A DNA stretch of 30,917 bases from a virus (taxonomy: Duplodnaviria > Caudoviricetes). The position numbers and the translations under genes were made by a program. Location of the stretch: positions 1 to 30,917 of the IMG/VR virus record IMGVR_UViG_3300030330_002721; one strand, given 5' to 3'. The notes under the pieces were generated by a model. That model did not search any database and had not been told where the DNA came from. It was given only the letters and a program-made list of their open reading frames with translations. Positions 15,084-23,695 of this stretch are shown here, piece by piece. Within the stretch, counting starts at the first letter, position 1. Every line of letters begins with the position of its first letter.

Positions 15084-18000
15084 TGCCAAGTAACTTAGAT
15101 ATTAAAAGACTTATTGATGGCGAAACAGCAAATATTACTAGTGCGGGTGTTTATGACTCAAAAATAAATAGCCCAAATGAACATCAAACTGCAGTTGTAT
15201 ATGATTTATTGTCAGAAGGCCCAATAGAAGGATTACAGGGCGGAACAGATGGTATATATTTAGATAAAACTCCTGCTACTATAGGATTAACTGGACAAAA
15301 ATTTAATATTAAATCTTCTAATAATACAAGTTACAATGCATCAACTCAAGTTATAACAGATAATAATACAAATCCTTCATTATTTAGTAATATGTCAATT
15401 AATGACGGAGATAGATTTATAAGTATTGTTGGAGGAAAAAAGTCTGGGTCAAGTATAGCAAGCGCAACAAAAGGTACAATAGTAGTTACTACCTCTAGTT
15501 CATTTTTTGCAGAAGATGACGAAAATAGAAATGATGTAGACGGAATAAGAGATTTAAAACAGTATGTAAGAATAAGCGGAGCAGGAGTTAGAGGCTCTAC
15601 ATTAGTAGCAGAAGTAATAAAATTTGTTTCAGCAACACAAGTTCAAATAAGTAGACCAATACAAACAACTGTAAGTGGTGTAAATATAACTATAGATGCA
15701 GTAAAGAAAATTGCTACAATTACTAATTCTACTACTGCAACTCTTTCTGATGTTACTGAGTTTGGAACAACTGATAGAACCGTATCAAATGTTGAAGCTA
15801 CGCTATCCTCTCCTGTTGTAAGTATAACAGGAACTCCAGTATATAACCATCAAAATTTTCAATATGCCTTCAAAAAAGGAACTCGTGACCAAAACTGGTT
15901 AAGCACTTTTAGAGGAATAGGTAGTTCTTCAGTAATTCATGCAACAACTCAACAAATAGCACAAACAGATTTATCTACTAGTGTAGGGATTCCTGTAGAT
16001 AATACTACAAGTGGGGGATACAATACAGATACTCCTGATGCAAGTGCAAGCCCAGTTACTATTTCTGCTACTACAATGGGAGTAAGTAATCAAAGCGAAA
16101 TTGACAAAGTAAAAGTAACAGTTAAGTTCCCACAAATGATTGCATCAAAAAAATCTAGTGGAGATGAACAAAGTACTTTTGTAGAACTAAGAATGATATT
16201 GGGGTACAAAAGACCAGGAGATAGTAGTTTTAAAGAAGTAGTAGTAAAGGGACCAACAAATGCCCAACTAATTGCTAGACGAAGTAATAAAAGAACAAGA
16301 AACTTTGATTTTGAACATGGTACTCATAGTGGTCTTGTAACAGCAAATACTAAAGCCCCTTTTACAGAAAGTTTTACAATAGATCTTGGTCCTTTTCAAC
16401 CCATTTCTGATTATCAAATAAAAATAGAAAGAATTAATCCTACAAATGCTAGACATGGAGACTATGACCATTTAAATCCTTCTCAATTAGTAAGTATTGA
16501 AAATATTATAGAGGATAAATTATCTTATCCTTTTTCAGCTTATGCAGCTACAATATTTGATGCACAGAGTTTTGCAAAACTTCCAGTTAGAGGATATGAT
16601 GTAAAAGGATTAAAAGTAAAAGTTCCTACAAATTATTTTCCTAGAGGAGAAGATGGAAGAACTGTAGCCGAATATGATAGAAATGTAACTTCAGGAGCAA
16701 ATGAAGGAAGTTACCAACAATGGGACGGTAATTTTAGAGGAGATACTGATGAATTTTCTCATACTTCTGCTAACTTTGATACTGTATGGACTGATAATCC
16801 TGCCTGGGTATATTACGACTTAGTTACTAATAATAGATATGGAATAGGAAAGTATCTAACTGAAGACCAAATTGATAAATTTGAACTATTTAAAATAGCA
16901 AAATATTGTGATGAGCTTGTAAATGATGGCAAGGGGGGAACTGAACCTAGATTTACATGTAATCTTTATTTACAAGAGTCAGATGAAGCGTTTAAAGTAC
17001 TACAAAATGTTGCAAGTATATTTAGAGGCATGCTTTATTGGTTTGATGGACTCATGCAGTTTTCTCAAAATAGATATCAAACTCCTGTTTATACTTTTAA
17101 TAAATCAAATGTTATTGGTGGCTTATTTAAATATACTTCCTCCAAAAGTCAATATAGAAGTAATCAAATAAATGTAACTTGGAATGACCCAGAGTCAATG
17201 TTCAAGAAAGCCATTGAAACAGTAGAAGATACTAATAACATTTTAGAAACAGGAAGAGTAGTATCAAAAGATGTTGTAGCTTTTGGTTGTACATCAAGAG
17301 GACAAGCACATAGATTTGGTAAATGGACTTTACTAACTGAAATATTAGAAACAGAAGGAATTTCATTTGATACAGGTATTAACGCAGGATATCTAAAACC
17401 TGGAGATGTAGTATTTGTACAAGACGCAGACAAAGAACAAATAAAAAATAGTGGTAGAATATCATCAGGAAGTTCAACAACTTCAATAAAACTTGATAGA
17501 GGAGTAGACTTATCAAGCGGAAATACTTATAAATTATCTATACTATATCCAACAGGAGGTGCTTTTCTTGCACAAGAAACTGCTGTAATTAATTCAACAA
17601 CATTTAATCGTGGAGATTTAATACTGCAAGCTAATATTGGTGGTAGTTTAACTACTATTAGTACAACTCTACAGGCACAAAATGCTTTAGATGACAGTGG
17701 AAATTTATTAGATTTAAGTTGGAATCCAAATAGTAGAGTTGAAACACAAACAATATCAACTACTGGAGCTTCTGTATCTACTTTAACTGTTGGGTCAGCT
17801 TTTAGTTCTGCTCCACCGGCTGAAGCCTCTTGGGTAATAAGAGAGCTAGGGGGAGATGGAAGTCTTGAAGCAGGTTCAGCAAAACAATATATTATAACAG
17901 CTATAAATAATACTGAAAAAGGTATTTATCAAATAGCTGCACTTAAATATGAACCACAAAAATTTGACTTAGTAGATAGAGGATATGTACTTGATGTTGG

Positions 18001-20278
18001 AGTTGATACAAATAAACCACCTTCATATCAAGAAGAAGTTCCAACTCCAAAATCTTTAACTCTATCATTTAATAAAAATTCGGTAGCAAATTTAGAGTCT
18101 CAAGATGTAAATTTAGAATCTAGTGCAGGTTCTATAAGAGTTTCGTGGCAACACCCAACAAGCGTTAGAACAGATGCAAACGGTGTCGCAGTCACATCTA
18201 AATATGAGCATTTAAGTCATTACATAGTTAGACATAATGTATCAGGAAGAGCTATATTTGAAAGTATACTTGCTGATAAAGATACAAATCAAATAGATAT
18301 ACCTGTTCAAAGATTAGGACTTACAACAGTTCAAATACAAACTGTAAATACAGGAGGCATAAAATCCTCTATAGTTCAAAAGAAAATAAATGCTAAAGAA
18401 GAAGGAATATCAAGCATACCAAATACAAAATCTAGAATAGGAAGACTGCCTACGGGTGGAGATTTAAATGTAAGTGTATCAATAAATTCATCTTCTGGTG
18501 TTTTAGATTTTAGTTCTGGAACTTATGAATTTATTACTGCTAGTGGGATAACTCATAATTTTACTTCAAGTGCAACAGCAAATAAGCAACAAGCATTTAA
18601 TGGAATGGGAGCAAGTGCAGAAGCTTTTTTAGTTTTTGATAATGATGATACAAGCGACCATTTAAAAGCAATTGAAGTAAAAACAGATACAACAGCAGAA
18701 GATGTTGGTGGAAATAAATTTAATTTTGAGTATTTAGCAGAAGTAGGTGCTTCAAATGCAGGTATTAGTTCTGCTTCAGGAACGATAACAGTAGCAACAG
18801 AAGAATCAACAATAACAGGTTCAAGCACAAGCTTTTTAAGTGAATACTCAATAGGAGATAGATTTATTATTGGAGCAGCAGGAACTAGTAGATTTTTTGC
18901 AACAATTACACATATAGAATCAGATACAGAACTAGAGTTAGACAGTCCTGTTCCAAGAGCATATTCTGGAACAAGTATTTTTAGATTATCATATAAACCA
19001 GACTTTGTAAGAGATACAATTATTGCAAAAATAGTTACTGATGGTAGTACCTCTTATAGTGTAGACACCTTATTTGCCGTGACAGCTGGAGTTGTTGGAG
19101 GAGATGGAGCTGCTGGATTAAAAACAGCAACAGGACAACTATTCTTTCAACAAGAATCAGCAAATGCTCCAGCTGTACCAAGTAATCCAATAACTTTCAC
19201 TTTTAGTAATGGAAGTTTTTCAGGAGCAGATATTGGAACAAGTGGAGCAACATATAATAGAACTCCACCAACTGCAACTGGAGGAGCAAGTAGTTCAAAA
19301 ACTTGGTTTGTATACTATGTTGTAACAGAAAGCAGTTCTGGAAGTGGTTCAGGTACTGTATCAGTAACAGGAGATGGCAGCGGAAATGCTTTACAAGCAA
19401 CATCATTTACAGGACTTGTAACTTTTAGTGGAGGACAATTTAGTCAAAATGGTAGTGGAATTACAACTATTGATGGAGACCATATTACAACTGGTTCGCT
19501 TAAATCAACAAACCATACAGGAAATACAGATGGTTCAGGATTTACTTCTGCAGGAACAATATTTAATTTAAATAATGGAAGTTTATCATCAAAAAACTTT
19601 AGAATAGCAAGTGATGGGAGTGCGGCGTATAAGGGTACTTTAACTATCGGGTCAACTGATTTAAATGCAACAAATACTTTAAATTCAAATACTACTGCGA
19701 GTGATGTAGGGCTCTCAAATGTTAACAATCCAAGTTCAGCAACAACACCTATAGGTGCTGGAGACGTAAATAGTAATGTTACTTCTATTGATGGTAGTGT
19801 TATTCAAACCGGAACAATACTAGCAAATAGATTAAAATTATCAGGCTCAGGTGCTATAACAATAGGAAGTTTTACAAATGATTCAGCTTTTGTAAATGCA
19901 TCAGGAGCAGCTGCAGCAGCCCCCGTACAGTCTGTAAATAACAGTACAGGTGCGGTAAGTATTACAGCTTCAGGTTTAAATATACAATCTAGTGATGTTA
20001 CAGGACTAAGTGATGCAGCAACAACAACTGTGGATAATATTAGGGCAGGAACAACTGCAGCAAATGTTGGATTAGATGGTATATCTACTACAGACGCAGC
20101 TATAGTTGCAACACTCTTTACAGCATCAACATCAGTTACAGCAGGTAGAATAAAACTTACATCAGACACTACACAGTTTCTATCAAATAGCACTAGTGCT
20201 GTTGCAAGCAGCTCAATAGATATAGATTCAAAAAGTTCAAACGGAGGGCCGCGTATAGTTATAGCGGATAGTTCATAA
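15083..20278 (+). CDS. Central tail tip / host specificity protein, lambda gpJ-like
   Basis: DLLSEGPIEGL, VKVPTNY, WTDNPAWVYYDLVTNNRYG, YCDELV...EPRFTCN and FGCTSRGQAHRFGKW motifs; FN3-like and beta-rich C-terminal part. Confidence 0.93.
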   Translation: MPSNLDIKRLIDGETANITSAGVYDSKINSPNEHQTAVVYDLLSEGPIEGLQGGTDGIYLDKTPATIGLTGQKFNIKSSNNTSYNASTQVITDNNTNPSLFSNMSINDGDRFISIVGGKKSGSSIASATKGTIVVTTSSSFFAEDDENRNDVDGIRDLKQYVRISGAGVRGSTLVAEVIKFVSATQVQISRPIQTTVSGVNITIDAVKKIATITNSTTATLSDVTEFGTTDRTVSNVEATLSSPVVSITGTPVYNHQNFQYAFKKGTRDQNWLSTFRGIGSSSVIHATTQQIAQTDLSTSVGIPVDNTTSGGYNTDTPDASASPVTISATTMGVSNQSEIDKVKVTVKFPQMIASKKSSGDEQSTFVELRMILGYKRPGDSSFKEVVVKGPTNAQLIARRSNKRTRNFDFEHGTHSGLVTANTKAPFTESFTIDLGPFQPISDYQIKIERINPTNARHGDYDHLNPSQLVSIENIIEDKLSYPFSAYAATIFDAQSFAKLPVRGYDVKGLKVKVPTNYFPRGEDGRTVAEYDRNVTSGANEGSYQQWDGNFRGDTDEFSHTSANFDTVWTDNPAWVYYDLVTNNRYGIGKYLTEDQIDKFELFKIAKYCDELVNDGKGGTEPRFTCNLYLQESDEAFKVLQNVASIFRGMLYWFDGLMQFSQNRYQTPVYTFNKSNVIGGLFKYTSSKSQYRSNQINVTWNDPESMFKKAIETVEDTNNILETGRVVSKDVVAFGCTSRGQAHRFGKWTLLTEILETEGISFDTGINAGYLKPGDVVFVQDADKEQIKNSGRISSGSSTTSIKLDRGVDLSSGNTYKLSILYPTGGAFLAQETAVINSTTFNRGDLILQANIGGSLTTISTTLQAQNALDDSGNLLDLSWNPNSRVETQTISTTGASVSTLTVGSAFSSAPPAEASWVIRELGGDGSLEAGSAKQYIITAINNTEKGIYQIAALKYEPQKFDLVDRGYVLDVGVDTNKPPSYQEEVPTPKSLTLSFNKNSVANLESQDVNLESSAGSIRVSWQHPTSVRTDANGVAVTSKYEHLSHYIVRHNVSGRAIFESILADKDTNQIDIPVQRLGLTTVQIQTVNTGGIKSSIVQKKINAKEEGISSIPNTKSRIGRLPTGGDLNVSVSINSSSGVLDFSSGTYEFITASGITHNFTSSATANKQQAFNGMGASAEAFLVFDNDDTSDHLKAIEVKTDTTAEDVGGNKFNFEYLAEVGASNAGISSASGTITVATEESTITGSSTSFLSEYSIGDRFIIGAAGTSRFFATITHIESDTELELDSPVPRAYSGTSIFRLSYKPDFVRDTIIAKIVTDGSTSYSVDTLFAVTAGVVGGDGAAGLKTATGQLFFQQESANAPAVPSNPITFTFSNGSFSGADIGTSGATYNRTPPTATGGASSSKTWFVYYVVTESSSGSGSGTVSVTGDGSGNALQATSFTGLVTFSGGQFSQNGSGITTIDGDHITTGSLKSTNHTGNTDGSGFTSAGTIFNLNNGSLSSKNFRIASDGSAAYKGTLTIGSTDLNATNTLNSNTTASDVGLSNVNNPSSATTPIGAGDVNSNVTSIDGSVIQTGTILANRLKLSGSGAITIGSFTNDSAFVNASGAAAAAPVQSVNNSTGAVSITASGLNIQSSDVTGLSDAATTTVDNIRAGTTAANVGLDGISTTDAAIVATLFTASTSVTAGRIKLTSDTTQFLSNSTSAVASSSIDIDSKSSNGGPRIVIADSS

Positions 20279-20817
20279 TGGCAAATAGAGTAGTATTAGG
20301 AAAATTACCAGATGGAAACTTTGGTTTATTAGTTTCAAAACCAACACAAAATGTGTTAACAACAGCAGCTAAAAATATGTTATTTGATTCTAGATTAAAT
20401 AGAACAGGACAAGTATATGCAGGAGCTAATAATATAGCAAGTATTGGTGCAAGTGGAGATAACTTTTTAACAACGAACAGCAAATCATCACTAGGATATA
20501 TTCCTCTAGTGATTGTATCAGAAAAAAATAAGGGAGAAAGAATTCTTCTTACAGCTAATACTGCTATAGATGAGTTTTTCCTAGATAATGTAAGCATATG
20601 GAAAACAACAACAAGTACTTTTACTCCTGCAGAAGCACGCGCAAATCCAGATGATGGAGGAACTTTAGACAACGATACACCAGCAGATGGCAGAGCATAT
20701 ACAGTTGGAACTGGAGGTTCTTTAGGAGCAGGTATTCTTAATGCACTTAATGTTAGTTATTTTGTGCTAAGAATACCTTGTGCTTATGGATATATGACAA
20801 CATCAAACTTTGGATAA
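20278..20817 (+). CDS. Putative tail-tip protein, paralogue 1 of 3
   Basis: TAATG-coupled to J; begins MANRVVLGK...FGLLVSKP...MLFDS. Confidence 0.7.
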   Translation: MANRVVLGKLPDGNFGLLVSKPTQNVLTTAAKNMLFDSRLNRTGQVYAGANNIASIGASGDNFLTTNSKSSLGYIPLVIVSEKNKGERILLTANTAIDEFFLDNVSIWKTTTSTFTPAEARANPDDGGTLDNDTPADGRAYTVGTGGSLGAGILNALNVSYFVLRIPCAYGYMTTSNFG

Positions 20818-20820
20818 ATT

Positions 20821-21309
20821 ATGGCAAATAGAATATTATTAGGAAAAGCAAGCACAGCAAGAGGAGGAAGCACTAAATTTGGTATGTGGATTAGTAAACC
20901 AGGAGAAGACGTTACTACTTGCAGTGATGATAAGTTACTATTCAATACTGATAAGGGAACAGGAGGAGATATAAAATCTTTGTTTCAAATATTGCGTCCT
21001 GTGAGTAATCAATTAACTGTTGCTGTTTCAAATTCATTTAGTGGTACAGCAAACCAATCACAAAATTTTGATTTTGCGAATCCAGGATTTTCAGTCTCTA
21101 ATTTAACAGCTTTTTTAGGAAGTTCTGGATTAGGTAGTGATACAGACGAAGATTCGGATATAGGAAATTTTAGTACTGCCCCTACATTTTCAACTGTAAA
21201 TTCAACCACAGTAAGAATATCTATAACTCAAACGGGACTTTTAGGTGGTGGAATAACAGGAAGAGTAGTTATGATTCCAAATTTTGCAGGAAGCGGAGCT
21301 AGATTCTAA
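20821..21309 (+). CDS. Putative tail-tip protein, paralogue 2 of 3
   Basis: Begins MANRILLGK...FGMWISKPGEDV...LLFNT. Confidence 0.7.
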   Translation: MANRILLGKASTARGGSTKFGMWISKPGEDVTTCSDDKLLFNTDKGTGGDIKSLFQILRPVSNQLTVAVSNSFSGTANQSQNFDFANPGFSVSNLTAFLGSSGLGSDTDEDSDIGNFSTAPTFSTVNSTTVRISITQTGLLGGGITGRVVMIPNFAGSGARF

Positions 21310-21899
21310 TGGCAAATAGAGTATTACTAGGTAAAAGAGGAAGTGAACATGGAGTTTTTGTATCTAAATCAGGAGTAGATGTTACAGATTCAAGCTCAAC
21401 AACTCCTTTAGCTTTTGATTCAAATGCGATAGCAAGTTTACTTGTACATTCTTTTGGACAAGGTATACTTGTTCCAGAAGAGCCTGCAAATGCTTCCTTT
21501 GTTTTTGATGGAGTCACTTATACAGCACACGAAGTAGATATAGCACACGGTCTTGGATATACTCCTGCATTTGCAGCTCGTTGGTGTACTGCTGATGATA
21601 TATCAAGTGGAGTAGCACAAAGAGTATGGAGTCCACATTTTTTCCAAATCACAGAGAGAGATAATAGTGGAGGCGGAGGCGGTGGCGGTGGCTTTCCACC
21701 ACCATCTGGTCCAGATCCAACAGATGAAACTGCAACTAGTGGTATGACCGCTTTTGCAGACTCAACAAATATAACTTTAAAAAATAAGGGAAGTTTAGGA
21801 ATTAACACAACAGTAAGCTCATTCAATCAAAGCGCTGTATATTTTTATTCATATATAATTTTTTCAGAGGAAAATTTTTTAGGAGGAGGAAGCCTATGA
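21309..21899 (+). CDS. Putative tail-tip protein, paralogue 3 of 3
   Basis: Begins MANRVLLGK...HGVFVSKSGVDV...LAFDS; contains IAHGLGYTPAF and a Gly8-FPPP loop. Confidence 0.7.
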   Translation: MANRVLLGKRGSEHGVFVSKSGVDVTDSSSTTPLAFDSNAIASLLVHSFGQGILVPEEPANASFVFDGVTYTAHEVDIAHGLGYTPAFAARWCTADDISSGVAQRVWSPHFFQITERDNSGGGGGGGGFPPPSGPDPTDETATSGMTAFADSTNITLKNKGSLGINTTVSSFNQSAVYFYSYIIFSEENFLGGGSL

Positions 21900-22321
21900 C
21901 ATGGCATGTTTTTTATAACGATTCAACAAAAGAGATAGCTTCAGCAACTAATGGTTTAGTAAATGATACTATTAAGACTGAACAAGCAAATGCAGGATTC
22001 TCATACTGTAGCACTGAGCAAGAAGCAATACCACATGATGGAGACTTCTGGGTAAATAGTGATGGAACAGATGTAATAGAAAAAAGTATCTTTAATCCTA
22101 CATTTAGTACTACGACACCTGCACTAGATAGTGTTGTTAATGTAACAGGGTTGCCTTCAGGAACAGAAGTATTTATTGATGATGTATCTGCAGGAACTAT
22201 GAGTGATACTACTTTAACACTTACAGCAACAGAACCTGGGACATACAGAATAAAATTTAAAAAGCTAGGATATAAAAACTGGGGAATAGAAAAGATTATA
22301 ATTAAGAGGTACGGAGAATGA
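21896..22321 (+). CDS. Hypothetical protein, possibly a fibre-assembly factor with a small beta-sandwich C-terminus
   Basis: ATGA overlap with strong upstream GGAGG; C-terminal GTEVFIDD...PGTYRIKFKKLGY resembles a PEGA/Ig-like pattern. Confidence 0.6.
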   Translation: MTWHVFYNDSTKEIASATNGLVNDTIKTEQANAGFSYCSTEQEAIPHDGDFWVNSDGTDVIEKSIFNPTFSTTTPALDSVVNVTGLPSGTEVFIDDVSAGTMSDTTLTLTATEPGTYRIKFKKLGYKNWGIEKIIIKRYGE

Positions 22322-22506
22322 ATATAAATTTAACAAAATCTGGTTCAACTACAGATTCAAAAAGAGCACTATATTATTCTATATGGTCGGAACAATTAGA
22401 TTTACTTTATCATGATATTGATAATGGAAAGTTTGGAGCAGATGCAAAAACTGGCAATTTTTATTTATCAAGAAAAGCGGTCAAGGATAAATACCCGAAA
22501 GGATAA
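22318..22506 (+). CDS. Small phage protein with an EQLDLLYHDI...KAVKDKYPK motif
   Basis: ATGA overlap. The motif is one I recognise from small proteins next to fibre genes in marine phages; function unproven. Confidence 0.6.
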   Translation: MNINLTKSGSTTDSKRALYYSIWSEQLDLLYHDIDNGKFGADAKTGNFYLSRKAVKDKYPKG

Positions 22507-22524
22507 GATATAATAAAACACTCC

Positions 22525-22565
22525 AAAAATAATAGTTGACACGAGGTGCAAATTTTTGGTATAAT
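22525..22565 (+). promoter_or_regulatory. Sigma70-type promoter P2 for the fibre operon
   Basis: TTGACA 22536-22541, 18-bp spacer, TGgTATAAT (TATAAT 22560-22565); intergenic; same layout as P1. Confidence 0.88.
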
Positions 22566-22594
22566 TAAACCATTGGAGGTATAAGAAGAAAACC

Positions 22595-22927
22595 ATGAGT
22601 GCAGGAACTTACAACATAAAAATAGACCAGGGCAGTGATTTCTCGTTACAACTTACTGTACAAGAAGATGGCTCTGCAAAAAATCTTACAGGTTTTAGTG
22701 CAAGGGCACAGCTGCGCCCTACAATTGATTCTAGTACTCTTACGGCTACCTTCACTTGTACAATTACCAACGCTTCAAATGGAATACTTACAATGTCACT
22801 TGCAAATACAGTAACAGATGATATAGATGTTGGACAGTATTTTTATGACTTGGAGTTATTTACAGGCACTACTTCACAAAGACTTATTCAAGGAACAGCA
22901 ACAGTATCTGGTGAAGTAACAAGATGA
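22595..22927 (+). CDS. Fibre collar / adaptor protein (T5 p132 / BppU-like beta sandwich)
   Basis: YNIKIDQGSDF...NLTGFSARAQLR...GQYFYDLEL...RLIQG...EVTR; first gene of the fibre operon. Confidence 0.65.
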   Translation: MSAGTYNIKIDQGSDFSLQLTVQEDGSAKNLTGFSARAQLRPTIDSSTLTATFTCTITNASNGILTMSLANTVTDDIDVGQYFYDLELFTGTTSQRLIQGTATVSGEVTR

Positions 22928-23334
22928 GCCGCATAGGTTTAAATAGATTAGCAAGAACAAATGTACTCTGTGCAGCAGATGTAACAAATATAACTGTTAC
23001 AACTCCAAACTCAGAAATAATTGCAAATCTAGTTAAAGAAACAAAAGATGTTATTGTAGAAAAATTTTTTCGTGCCTTTACAGCAAGTGATGTTGTAAAT
23101 GATGCACACACTACAATAACACAAACAAATGTTCAAGGAAGTATTGAACAATTAGAATCTCAGTTTTCAAGAGGGGCAACAGACCCAACGACAGAAACTG
23201 AGCCACATTTAGATGAAGGAGATTTGTTTTATAATACAAATACAAATCAATTAAAGGTTTTTAGAGATGGTACATTTCAAATCTTGTTACAAGCAGGAGA
23301 TGATATGGATACCTTAGATGGGAGTACTTTTTAA
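22924..23334 (+). CDS. Small fibre adaptor, paralogue A
   Basis: TNVQGSIEQL...EGDLFYNTNTNQLKVFR; ends DTLDGSTF. Confidence 0.65.
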   Translation: MSRIGLNRLARTNVLCAADVTNITVTTPNSEIIANLVKETKDVIVEKFFRAFTASDVVNDAHTTITQTNVQGSIEQLESQFSRGATDPTTETEPHLDEGDLFYNTNTNQLKVFRDGTFQILLQAGDDMDTLDGSTF

Positions 23335-23678
23335 TGGCAACTACAATAACAGTAGTAGAAGATGTAACAAGTGTAAGTGTTAGTGCGATATCACCTAGTG
23401 ATGCGTCAACTGATGCTGCGTCTTTATCATTTTCACCCCACAACGTAATCACTGCTACAAATGTACAAGATGCATTAGAACAATTAGCAGACCAGTTTTT
23501 TAGAAGTAATGAAGCACCAAGTGCAAGCACTACAAATTTATCAGAAGGCGATTTCTTTTATGACCTAAATGATAATCAACTCAAAGTATACAGAGAAACA
23601 TCTTCAGGTGTATTTCAGTTCGTACCATTAGCACAAGCGACAGGCGACATGGAGACCGTAGATGCAGGGAGTTTTTAA
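23334..23678 (+). CDS. Small fibre adaptor, paralogue B
   Basis: TNVQDALEQL...EGDFFYDLNDNQLKVYR; ends ETVDAGSF. Confidence 0.65.
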   Translation: MATTITVVEDVTSVSVSAISPSDASTDAASLSFSPHNVITATNVQDALEQLADQFFRSNEAPSASTTNLSEGDFFYDLNDNQLKVYRETSSGVFQFVPLAQATGDMETVDAGSF

Positions 23679-23695
23679 CTCAATAGAGAAATAAT

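Noticed and set aside
13813-17171. Alternate-frame + strand ORFs 13813-14046 and 16923-17171
   Set aside because: They overlap well-supported L and J genes and show no motifs or convincing RBS.
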